64,000 bases of DNA from Leucoraja erinacea (taxonomy: Eukaryota), in the NCBI RefSeq assembly GCF_028641065.1, contig NC_073391.1, positions 45,508,001 to 45,572,000 on the forward strand. Reading direction: 5' to 3'. A model generated the notes under the pieces. It saw only the letters and a list, made by a program, of their open reading frames with translations, was not told the DNA's origin and ran no database searches. The position numbers were made by a program, and so were the translations under genes. Positions 48,607 to 60,157 of the stretch are shown here, in pieces. How positions within the stretch are numbered: the stretch's first letter is position 1; every line of letters begins with the position of its first letter.

Positions 48607-51600
48607 TGTAGATGGTTATGCATGAAACCATATATGTAGTTACCTCATTATCATATTGACCCTCCCACACTTTGTAGTATAACTGTAGTATCTGCATGTT
48701 CCCTCCCTGTTAGGTTCCAGTACGTGTGCAGACCAGTTGTGGTTAGTGCTGGAACGTGTGTGAGTAGTATCTGAATAAAGACTTAGTTAAAGGACTAAGG
48801 ACGACGTCTAGTTTCCTTTACGTGGTGTCAGAACCTGTAAATCTGCGCCTCTGTACATCGGGTTTTATTTTGTTTATTGGGTGAGTGTGTATAAGGATGG
48901 CTTCGTCTTGTTGCAAGCCTTCCCCGTTAGTTTTTGATGCCGACATCGCGGAGCGATGGGATACGTTTGTAATCGACTACAATCGCTATGTCAACATTGC
49001 ACACCGCAATGATCCTCCTGCTCTCAGGGCATCTTTGCTGCTGAATCTCGCTGGACCAGATGCCATGAGGAGGGCTAATTCGTTTGAATACCGTCCAGCG
49101 GTCCCGGATGTGGATGGCCAGGTTGTTGAGCCAGCAGAATCTCCGGACGACCCAGCTTGTCTATTGAGGAAGTTCACAGAGATCTGCGACCTTCCTTCCA
49201 ATCGCATTTTGGAGCGAACTCGTTTGTTTTCACGCAAGCAACAGCCTGGGGAGCCGGTGGAATGTTTCATTGCCGACCTCCGCCACCTGTCGCAGCGCTG
49301 TCGTTTTGGTGAGTTGCGTGACGAGCTCACGCGGGATATATTGGTTAATGGCATGCTTGACCAGAAGCTGCGGTCTGATTTATTAAGGAGGCCTGACCTC
49401 ACGTTAAACGAAGCTATGCATGCCTGCCGCTTAGCTGAGGTCGTGTAGTTACTCCGTTCAGTGGGGAGAGAGGTTCTGGGAACCGTGCCGTCGGTGTGGC
49501 TGCTCTGTCTGTGCCGCGGCGGGCACCTAACAATTTTAAACCACAGCCTCGCCCAGCTCCTGCCCCCCGCCCTCAGAGTGCCAGAAAGTGCCCCAATTGT
49601 GGGTATGGACATTTGCCTCGATCTCCTTGTCCCGCTATCGGAAAAGCCTGCAACTATTGCAGAATGCAAAATCATTTTTCGTCGGTCTGCCGTTCCCGTG
49701 GGAACGCTGCTCAGCCACCTCGCCAGGTGTTCAGCAATCTCCAGAGGATTGAAAGTGTCCTTGATCCACAGCTCGACGAGGAGTCAGCCCCCGAGTCCGA
49801 CTCCAGCATCTCTATGGGGGATGCCAGTGTTTACGCTCTGCTGCACAACCAGTCTCGACTCCCCGATCCATCGGTGCTAGTCACTGTCAATAACAAGACC
49901 TTCACTGCGAAGTTGGATACGGGTGCGAAGGTCAGCGTAATTTCAACAACGCTCTTCCACCAGATAAGGTCTAATGAACAACTGACTGCGGATCGCTCTG
50001 TGCTGCGAGCATACGGTGGGGAGGAACTGACACCTGTGGGGAGGGTAACTTTCCACTGCAAGCTACAGAAGACATCTCGTGACTTATCGTTTTTTGTCTT
50101 GGATTGCGATTGTGTGCCTCTACTGAGTAATCAGGCTTGCCAAGATCTGGGCCTGGTTGCTTTCGACAGTACAGTCCATGAGGTACGGGTGGTGTTGGAC
50201 CCTGTCTCCGAATACCCTGACCTTTTTGATGATCAGCTGGGGAAGCTGCCGCTCGTTTATAAAATTGCCACAGACTCCTCCATTACTCCAGTGTGCCGTC
50301 CGTCACATAGGGTTTCTTTCGCGATGAAAGACAAAGTCAAAGCTATGCTGGACAAAATGGTGAACTTGGGGGTACTGGAAGCTATCAGCGAGCCCACTAG
50401 CTGGGTGTCCACGATGGTCGCCACACTAAAAAAAGGCAAGAACGAAATCCGGGTCTGTACCAACCCGAAGGACTTGAACACTGCCATTAAAAGGCCCCAC
50501 TACCCTATGAGGACTGTCGAGGACGTTGCTGCCCAGGTTGGTCAAGCCACCGTATTTTCTGTTCTGGATGCCTATTATTCTGCTGCTCACTCAGGGCATC
50601 CGGGTGCTGACGCTACCGTTGCCCAAGCTCAAGGGCAGTACTACTGGCCTGCCATGGCCAAGTACATTAAGGCTCGAGTTGCAGCGTGTGCTGAGTGCAA
50701 CTCCATGGCCCCTCACCATCAACGCCAGCCCCTGCTGCAGCAGCCGGCCCCTGACATGCCCTGGTCTTCACTGGCTGCAGATATATTTGAATGGCGTGGG
50801 AAGAACTACCTGGTGCTAGTTGACTCATATTCGTCTTGGTTTGATGTGGACCTTCTTCCCACCATCACCTCGGAGATGGTCATCGGGAAGCTGCGACGTC
50901 ACTTCGCTACCTTTGGCTCCCCGGTCAAGCTTCAGACTGACAACGGCCGGCAGTTTACCAGCGCCGAATTTGCTGCCTTCGCTGCTAAGTGGAACTTTGC
51001 TCACTATACTAGCAGCCCTGAGTTCCCTCAAAGTAACGGACTGGCTGAACGTGCTGTGCGCAGCGCAAAGACATTGTTGGAGCAGTCTCGTTTGTCTAAC
51101 TGCGATTTCTATCAGGGACTGTTAAATTTGCGTAATGTTTCTAGAGATGGGGGTTTGGGTTCTCCTGCTCAACGGCTCATGTCTCGTGTCCTCCGCCCAC
51201 CTATGCCAATCTCTCAGCAATCGCTGATCCCGGTGGTTCGCCCCCCTGATGCGGTCCACCGCCGTATTTCTCAACGCCATGAGATCCAGCGTCGGTCCCA
51301 TGACCAGTCTTGCCGCCCCTTGCCTTCCCTTTCCACGGGTCAGGTTGTCCGTATGCAGACACCCACCGGGGTTTCCAAGCTTGCTACTGTAGTAGGAATT
51401 GCTGACTCGCCCCGTTCCTATTTGGTGGATTACGAGGGCACTGTGTACCGTCGCAGTCGCCAACATCTGTTAGCTGTCCGTGAGCCTGCTCCCCCGATTC
51501 CTTTCCCGGAGACATCCTCTCCGTGGCCCGTCTCTCCTCCTCGGGTTGTGCCGCCTATCCCTGCTGTAGTTCGTGACCCTACTCTGCCTACTTCTGTGCC

Positions 51601-52158
51601 TACTGGTTTCTGTTCTCCTGCCGGTGCATCTCCTCCCCGTTTTTCACCTGTCAGTTCTATTCCTTCTCCTTCTCCCTCTCCTTCTCGTTCGTCTCTCAGT
51701 CCACCGGTTTCTAGTCACCCACCTGTTTTGGTGCCTGATCCGCCCCTCCGTTTTTCTCTGCCCCTGCCTTCATCTTTGGGGGAGGGGAGTGAGGGTGCTG
51801 TACGGACCCGCTCTGGTAGAGTTGTTCGGGCCCCAGATCGGTATGGCGATTATGCTTAGTTTTAGGATGTTTGGTAACTGATATTGTCATTATGTGCAGG
51901 TCTGTATAATCACCCTGCTGCTGTTTATCTTACGGGAACGGATGTAGATGGTTATGCATGAAACCATATATGTAGTTACCTCATTATCATATTGACCCTC
52001 CCACACTTTGTAGTATAACTGTAGTATCTGCATGTTCCCTCCCTGTTAGGTTCCAGTACGTGTGTAGACCAGTTGTGGTTAGTGCTGGAACGTGTGTGAG
52101 TAGTATCTGAATAAAGACTTAGTTAAAGGACTAAGGACGACGTCTAGTTTCCTTTACA
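48607..52158 (+). mobile_element. Gypsy/Ty3 LTR retrotransposon (Mag-like), non-autonomous; LTRs 48607-48822 and 51943-52158
   Basis: 216-bp LTRs differing at 2 positions; CCTCC TSD at 48602-48606 and 52159-52163; PBS TGGTGTCAGAA at 48823 (tRNA-Leu-like); purine-rich tract before the 3' LTR. Confidence 0.95.
48897..51859 (+). pseudogene. gag-pol with a 2-nt frameshift at ~49443 and in-frame loss of most RT and RNase H; protease and integrase motifs intact
   Basis: Two CCHC knuckles; LDTGA; RT N-terminus ending VFSVLDA fused to the integrase HHCC region; DDE core (AADIF, TDNG, SNGLAERAV). Confidence 0.9.
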
Positions 52159-53119
52159 CCTCCCTACACAACCTTCAAAGCCGTAAGTCTTTCGGATGGT
52201 AGATGACCCAGAGGAGATCCACGCGGTCACAGGGAGACCGCACATACAGCATCCGCGGCCAGGATCGAACCGGGGTCTCTAGCGCTGTGGAAAAAGAGAT
52301 AATAAACATTTCTGGCCACGGCCCCCGGCGGGGAGGCAGTTGTAACTCAATTGAAATCTTGGATCAGCCCTAGTGAGGCCCCTCAATAGCAAAAATGTTA
52401 CTTCCTCAAATTTGGTGACCAAAACCGCACACAATACTCCAGGTGTGTGGTCTCACTAGGGGCTAGTACAACGACAGAAGGGCCTCTTTGCTCGTATACT
52501 TATGAAAGCCAACATGCCATTTGCTTTCTTTACGCCTGCTGTGGCTGCATGCTTACTTTTAGTGAGTGATGAACAAGGACCCCCAGATAATTTTGTGCTT
52601 CCCCTTTTCCCAACTTGACACCATTCAGATAATAATCTGCCTTCCTGTTTTTGCCACCAAAGTGGATAACCTCACATTTATCTACACTATCTGCAAAACC
52701 ACCCACTTTTGTATCATCAGCAAACTTGCTAATCTTGTTTTGCTGATATGTTCTCATCCAAATAATTGATGTACATTGATCTGCATTCATGTAGATTGAT
52801 GTAGATGACAAACGGTAACGGGCCCAGCACCGAACGATGAGGCACACCACTAGTCACATACACTGAGCGGGTGTATATGGTTAACAGGAAGCAACTCCTC
52901 TGGGGACTTTTGTAACTGTGTTGGAGTAACTCATCGGGTCAAGCAGCATCACTGCAGAGAATGGGTAGATGACGTTTCGGGTCTGGACCCTTCTTCAGAC
53001 TGGACTTACTTTGTGCTGACCCGCTGCTTTACTCCAGCACTTTATGCATTTTAGTGCAAACCAACAGCAGTTCCTTGTTTCTACATTGTGAACAACTCCT
53101 TGAACACAGCTTCTCCCGG

Positions 53120-53460
53120 CATCGTTCCAGCGCAGCCGTCGCTCGCTGTTCGGTCAGGTAGGCACAGCCCTCTCTCAGCTGATCAATGGCCGCCGCGAGT
53201 ACCCAGAACACCCCGCGCTCCAGCAAGCGGTCCGCCGGCCCCAGTGTCGGCAGATACGCATGCGCTCTGCCGGACGCGCGGTGCACCCTGGGTGAGCCTG
53301 GTGGGACAGGACAAAGCGGGAGATTCCCCTCCCCGGGTCACCGGAGTGGAGCCGGACGTTCCGGGGCTGAACGGGGCTGGCCCGGGGCTGAACGGGGCTG
53401 GCCCAGGGCGGGCCCAGCGGTGCATCTGGAAATCTCATCATCGCTGCATCCGCGGCCAGG
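53120..53460 (+). promoter_or_regulatory. CpG promoter and exon 1 of ZNF-11
   Basis: Composite element at 53186; CGCATGCGC at ~53257; donor TGG|GTGAGC at 53291/53292. Confidence 0.7.
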
Positions 53461-53713
53461 GTTTTGAAATAGGAAACGTGACCCGTTCCTTCTCTCCAGA
53501 GATACTGCCCACTGAATTGCTTCAGCTTTTTGTGTCTATCTTCTATTTAAACCATCACCTGCAGTTCCTTCCTGCACTGCTTCTCCTTGGGTCCAGGCCC
53601 CGTGTCCAGATTTAATCTGAGCTCCGGACGGGGTGGCACATTCATCTGCTGTGGGACCTGGTAGGAAGTCATTGATTGACCCTCCTGTCTAACAAACCTG
53701 AGTGTCCGCGGCG

Positions 53714-54556
53714 ATGGAAGCTTCCCAGTGCCCTGACTATGGGAAGGCCATTCGCCAGCCCAGTGACCCGTCAACACACCACACCGGCGAGAGGCTGTTA
53801 ACCTGCTCCGAGTGCGGGAAAGGATTCAGCTGGTTATCCTCCTTTCTGAGACACCAGCGGGTCCACACTGGCAACAGGCCCTTCACCTGCTCCCAATGCG
53901 GGAAGGGCTTCGCCGAATCCTCTCACCTACTGAGGCACCAGCCGGTTCACACGGGCGAGAGGCCGTTCCCCTGCTCCGAGTGCGGGAGGCGATTCAACTG
54001 GTCGTCCTCGCTGCTGACCCACCGGCGGGTCCACACCGGGGAGAGGCCCTTCACCTGCCTGGAGTGCGGGAAGGGGTTCACCGATTCGTCCGCCTTGAGA
54101 AGCCACCAGCGGCTTCACACCGGGGAGAGGCCATTCGTATGCGCGACGTGCGGGAAGAAATTCAGCCTGTCGTCCAGCCTGCTGTCCCACCAGAGGGTCC
54201 ACACCGGGGAGAGGCCGTTCACCTGCCCAGAGTGCGGGAAGGGATTTACCCGACCATCAGATCTGGTGACTCACCAGCGCGTTCACACCGGGGAGAGGCC
54301 GTTCACCTGCTCCGATTGCGGGAAGGGCTTCACTCAGTCGTCCAGCCTGGTGACCCACCAACGAGTTCACACAGGGGAGAGGCCGTTCATCTGTTCAGAA
54401 TGTGGGAAGGGATTCATTCGCGCACCTGATCTGGTCAAACACCAGCGAGTTCACACCGGGGAGAGACCGTTCACCTGCACTGAGTGCGGGAAGGGGTTCA
54501 CTCAGTCATTATATCTGCGGAGACACCAACGTGTGCACACCAAAGGAAATGTTTAA
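53714..54556 (+). CDS. C2H2 zinc-finger protein ZNF-11, 9 fingers plus a degenerate first finger
   Basis: Acceptor CCAG| at 53596; ATG in GCGATGG context at 53714; ends HTKGNV* like ZNF-3. Confidence 0.9.
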   Translation: MEASQCPDYGKAIRQPSDPSTHHTGERLLTCSECGKGFSWLSSFLRHQRVHTGNRPFTCSQCGKGFAESSHLLRHQPVHTGERPFPCSECGRRFNWSSSLLTHRRVHTGERPFTCLECGKGFTDSSALRSHQRLHTGERPFVCATCGKKFSLSSSLLSHQRVHTGERPFTCPECGKGFTRPSDLVTHQRVHTGERPFTCSDCGKGFTQSSSLVTHQRVHTGERPFICSECGKGFIRAPDLVKHQRVHTGERPFTCTECGKGFTQSLYLRRHQRVHTKGNV

Positions 54557-55874
54557 ATGTTTGTGTTGTTTAAATACCTCAGCCTCCCAGACATTGCATC
54601 CTACAGTTATTGAGTGGTTGTTTGAAAGTCTACATAAACCGCGCCCACCATCGATCATGTTCAGTATCAGTATCAGTATATCTTTATTGTTATTTCCTGA
54701 GTACTCACATACCCAGAGGAAACAAAAACACGTTGCTCAACCAGTGTCCGTTCAGTGTGCAGTACAAATAACAACAAGTAAATAGAAATAAAAAAGCATA
54801 TATCATGAACAAATTAGATTAAACACTCTACTCTCATGTTCACGTTTTTAAGAAGGAACTGCAGATGCTGGAAAATCGAAGGTAGACAAAAGTGCTGGAG
54901 AAACTCAGTGGGTAAGGCAGCATCTATGGAGCGAACTTTCATAGGCGACGTTTCGGGTCGAGGTCTGAAGAAGGGTCTCCACCCGAAACGTCGCCTTTTC
55001 CTTCGCACCTGAGAGATCTTCTCTCGTCACTTCAGAGATCGTCACACGACAATTTGAATACCTTGAGTAGGCAAGCAAAGAATTTCGCATGTGACTTCTC
55101 ACATGTCACAATAAAGTATTCATTCATTCACTTGTCACTTCCTGGCTTTTGGGGGTTCTCTTATGTTGCTTTTGCTGACGTTATTCATTGGATTGCGGTT
55201 TACTATGCTGAATCTGTTGCCAATAAATCCGTTTTATGTTAAATGCTCTGCCTCAGGCCTCAATATCTCTGCTGTGGGAAGAATCCAGTTGGGCCAGCTG
55301 GTGCCTGCCAGCATATCCGCCCCTCTACACCCCGCCTGTCGAATGGCGTTATATGTATAGTTCCTCACATGCATGCGGCCGCTGGAGGATAGGGCCTTGC
55401 TCTAGTTGGTGTGAAGCCTGGGAGCGGAAATCTAAGTAGGAGTTGGTCATGTGGCCCCTTGAGCCGGCTCTGCCATTCACTAAGTCCCCGACTGATCCCG
55501 CGATTCACCCACTCCACCAGCTTACCCGTGCATCCCCCGATTTATAATCTCCCAACGTGCATCCGTTTTAGCCGACTGTCACCTCTGCAGAGAAACGTTG
55601 ACTCCTCTCAGTCCTAAATGGCCAATCTCTTTACCCGAGACTGTGATCCTAGTTCTCGATTCTTGAATTTGATCCACCGAATGTTTGCTTTAAAATGTAA
55701 TCTGCTTCCATTGCCCCTTCAGAAAGGGCAACCCAAACACAATAACTAGCTGCTCGCTTCTCCTGACTGAAGGGCCTGCACCCACACTGTTCATTCTGAC
55801 TCTACATTCCCCCCCCCCCCCCCCCCCCCCCCCCCAGATTCTGTCACTCACCAAAACACTTGGGAAAATCGCTG

Positions 55875-56510
55875 TAGAAACAGAAACATATAAAATAGGT
55901 GCAGAACTAGGCCATTCGGCCCTACGAGCCAGCACCGCCATTCAATATGATCATAGCTGATCAACCAAAATCAGTACCCCGTTCCTGCTTTCCCCCCATA
56001 TCCCTTGATTCTGTTAGCACTATGAGCTATATCCAACTCTCTCTTGAAAACATCCGGTGAATTGGCCTCCACTGACTTCTGTGACAGAGAATTTCACAGA
56101 TTCACAACTCTCTTGGTGAAAACGCTTTTCCTCATCTCAGTCCCAAATGGCCTATCCCCATTCTTAAAGTGTGACCTCTGGTTCTGGACTCCCCCAACAT
56201 CAGGAACATTTTTCCTGCATCTAGCCTGTCCAATTCCTTCAGAGTTTTATATGTTTTTATAAGGTTTCCCTCTCATCCTTCTAAATTCCAGTGAGTACAA
56301 GCCCAGTCGACCCATTCTTTCATCATATGTCAGTCCCGCCATTCCGGGAATTAACCTGGGGAACCTACGCTGCACTCCCTCAATAATAAGAATGTCCTTA
56401 CTCAAATTAGGAGACCAAAACTGCACACAATACTCCAGGTGTGGTCTCACCAGGGCCCCGGACAACTGCAGAAGGATCTCCTTGCTCCGAAACACAAATC
56501 CTCTCGAAAT
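55875..56510 (-). mobile_element. CR1 LINE 3' end
   Basis: LVRPHLEYCVQFWSP..EGVQRRFPRLIPGM. Confidence 0.9.
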
Positions 56511-56994
56511 GCTGTTGGAAGTTAACCTACCGACCAGCATGAATTTTCGGTTTGTGAGGAAACTGGTCTACCCAGAATTATCCCGGGTGATCACAAGAAG
56601 AACATAAAAAAAATCACACAGAGCTCTGGAGCCCAACACTGAACCAGAGGAGCTGGAGATCTGAGGCAAAAGCAAATGTACGAAAAGTTCGAACACGCAT
56701 CATCAGTATGTTCAGAGGAAATGTTCTCTTGTGAGCGACTTCCATTTATACGTCCAAGCAGTGAGTATACAAGATGCAGTTGTGTACATTCAAAGAGGCA
56801 CTCTCTATCAGAAATTAAGTTATTTAAAAAGGGGATTGAGCAACTAGATCTTCTCAGCTTGGTCAAAAAGGCCCACTTCAAAATTTAATCGCTACTCTAC
56901 TCACTCCGACCTACGCGAGATAACCACTGATGAGGTGTTTGCCCAGTAATCAACCAGAAGAGAGCGCTGCAAGACGGTGAACACATGTGAGTTT

Positions 56995-57295
56995 TAGTTT
57001 TAGAGATACAGCGAGGAAACAGGCCCTTCGGCCCACCGAGTCCGCACTGACCAGCAATCCCCGCACACTAATGTTATCCTACACACACTAGGGCCAATTT
57101 ACATTTATACCAAGCCAATTAATCTGCAAACATGTACGTCTTTGGAGTGTGGAAGGAAACCGAAGATCTCGGAGAAAATCCACGCGGTCACGGGGAGAAC
57201 GGACAAACTCCGTACGTACACTACCGCAGTCGGCATTGAACCCGGATCTCTGGCGCAGTTAGTGCTCTAAGGCATCTATCGCTGCACCACCGTGG
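56995..57295 (-). mobile_element. V-SINE/HE1-like SINE
   Basis: Near full-length match to the 35648 copy in reverse orientation. Confidence 0.8.
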
Positions 57296-57819
57296 TCTGA
57301 AAAGCATTCACCTCTAAATTACCCCGAATGCGAAAGTGGCATAACATGGAACTAGAGGGTAGACAAAAGAGCTGGGGAAACTCAGCGGGTGAGTATCTAT
57401 GGGGCGAAGGAAATAGGCAACGTCTGAAGAAGGGTTTCAGCTCGAAACGTTGCCTATTTCCTTCGCTCCATAGATGCTGCCGCACCCGCTGAGTTTCTCC
57501 AGCAATTTTATCTACCTCCTAAGCAAATATACTATCTTTGGTCCGAAGAAGGGTGCCGACTCGAAACGACATCTGAAGAAGGGTCTCGACCCGAAACGTC
57601 ACCCATCCCTTCTCTCCAGAGATGTGCCTGTCCCGCTGAGTTACTCCAGCTTTTTGTGTCTATCCATGTTCTTCAGAAATGCTGCCTGATCCGCTCATTT
57701 ACTCCAGCACCTTGTGTCTTTTTTATTGGAAAACGGCACCTGTAGTGTCTGCTGTTCTACAGTCGTTCCATTTGGGAGTATTTTTGAGGGACGTGAGACG
57801 TAAAGCCAACAGCTAAATT

Positions 57820-58170
57820 CCTATCAATGGAGGACACCATTGACCAGAAGCCTCTGCGGCTAAGTAAGTGCTCTATCAACACTAAAGGAAGAGTGCAGCG
57901 TATGTGCACAGCGGAAGGGACGTGACCTGGGCAGCGACGGTGGTGTGGAGGTAGGAGCTGGGGACTGGGGTGTGGGTTCAATTGGTGCGGGCGGGCGGGC
58001 GGGCGAGCTGGAGGCGCAGCCATCGTCCATGGGAGGAGATCTGCAGAAACACAGCGGGCAGCCATGCTGGCTCAGACCTGACCATTATCCCCCGTGCGAG
58101 TTCCTTGCGTTTTCCACAGGCCCGGTTCAAGAAACGCGTCGCTCGCTGGGACGCGGGGAGTCATAGTCAC
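57820..58170 (+). promoter_or_regulatory. Putative ZNF-type promoter and exon 1 (second copy ~60210-60560); coding exon not in window
   Basis: ATGG-N10-TGACCAGAAGCCTCTGCG at 57827; CGGAAG; donor GAG|GTAGG at ~57951. Confidence 0.55.
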
Positions 58171-59624
58171 ACAGCGTGGAAACAGGCAAAGTCAGCCCAT
58201 TTGTCCCCGCCGCTCATATCCTTCCAAATCCTTCTGTCTCACGACTTCGGTTTAAATCTCTAGTCTTTGTTTTATCCATACGCCTATCAAAAGAAAACCC
58301 TCCCCCTTGTCCATCCTCCGGGCTGTGTCATGCCTCATCTCCCCTACACTCTTCCCCCCCCCCGCACCCCCCCCCCCCCCCCCCCCCCCCGGTCTGCAGA
58401 AGGGACCCGAACCGAAACTTGACATGCATATTCTCCATCTCTAGATGATGCCTGGCCCGATGAGTTATTGCAGCATTTTGAGTCCCTTTAAACATTTCCT
58501 ACCCATGTGCCACTCCGAATGTCTTTTAAATGTTGTAAAAGGTACTTGCTTCAAGTTCAAGTGAGTTTATTGTCATGTGTCCCAGATAGGACAATGAAAT
58601 TCTTGCTTTGCTTCAGCATACAGAACATAGTAGGCATTGACTACAAAACACATGAATAAACAAACTGTTAAAGTGCAAATAACAGATAATGGGTTATTAA
58701 TGTTCAGAGTTTTGTCTGAACATTAATAACCCATTATCTGTTATTCAGAGCCAGGTTTAATAGCCTGATGGCTGTGGGGAAGTAGCTATTCCTGTCAAGT
58801 CAAGTCAAGTTTATTTGTCACATACACTTACGAGATGTGCAGTGAAATGAAAGTGGCATCACCTGAACCTTGTCATTGCAGTCCTGTACCTCCTACCTGA
58901 AGGTAGCAGGGAGGTTAGTGTGTGGCCAGGATGGTGTGGGTCATTGATGATACTGCCAGCCTTTTTGAGGCAGCGACTTCGATAAATCCCCTCGATGGAA
59001 GGAAGGTCAGAGCCGGTGATGGACTGGGCAGTGGACTACTACTTCCTCTGCACGAAAGGACACAAAGTCTCAGCAGGTCAGGCAACATCTCTGGAGAACA
59101 TTTCAGGTCGAGGCCCTTCTAAGGACTGATCGTCCGGAGAGGGGGGCGGGGCTGAGAAAGGATCTTGACCCAAAGTAATTTATCCACATTCTTCGGAGAT
59201 GCTGCCTGACGTGCTGAATTATGCCAGCACTTTGTGTCCATTTGAATATTAACCCGCTGAGTTACTCCAGCTTTTTGTGCCTGACAAGCATCTGTAGTTC
59301 TTTCTTTCCACCTCTTCTGCCAGATTGTTCCAGATACCCACCACTGTCTGAGTGAAAATATTGCCCCTCAGGATCCTATTAAATCTTTTCCCTCTCACCT
59401 TAATCCTATGTCCTGTGGTTTTGATGTCTGTCCTCTGGGTAAATTCACCTTATCTATCCCCCTCATACACCTCTATAAGATCACCCCTCATCCTCCTGCG
59501 CTGAAAGAAATAAAGTTCAACACAGCCTAACCTCCATTGCTCAGGCCCTCAAGTCCAGGCAACAGCCTCGTAAATCTTCAATACACTCTTGTACAGGAAG
59601 GAACTGCATAAATACACTCTTTCC

Positions 59625-60157
59625 ATAGAAACATAGAAAATAGGTGCAGGAATAGGACATTCGGCCCTTCGAGCCTGCACCGCCATTCAATATGATCATG
59701 GCTGTTCATCCAACTCAGTATCCTGTACCTGCCTTCTCTCCATACCCCCTGATCCCATTAGCCACAAGGGCCACATCTAACTCCCTCTTAAATATAGCCA
59801 ATGAACTGACCTCAACTACCTTCTGTGACAGAGAATTCCAGAGATTCACCACTCTCTGTGTGAAAAATGTTTTCCTCATCTCAGTCCTAAAAGATTTCCC
59901 CCTTATCCTTAAACTGTGACCCCTTGTTCTGGACTTGCCCAACATCGAGAACAATCTTCCTGCATCCAGCCTGTCCAATCCCTTAAGAACTTTGTAAGTT
60001 TCTATAAGATCCCCCCTCAATCTTCTAAATTCTAGCGAGTACAAACCGAGTCTATCCAATCTTTCTTCATATGAAAATCCTGACATCCCAGGAATCAGTC
60101 TGGTGAACCTTCTCTGCACTCCCTCTATGGCAAGAATGTCTTTCCTCAGATTAGGAT
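59625..60157 (-). mobile_element. CR1 LINE 3' end (copy 1)
   Basis: ORF 59715-60119 is the CR1 ORF2 C-terminus. Confidence 0.9.

Noticed and set aside
49430-49500. Programmed ribosomal frameshift between gag and pol
   Set aside because: No slippery heptamer; the break lies before the nucleocapsid knuckles and is explained by a 2-nt duplication.
56510-56990. Unique-looking segment with short ORFs and a possible GTGAGT donor
   Set aside because: No recognisable homology or motif; cannot be supported as an exon without transcript data.
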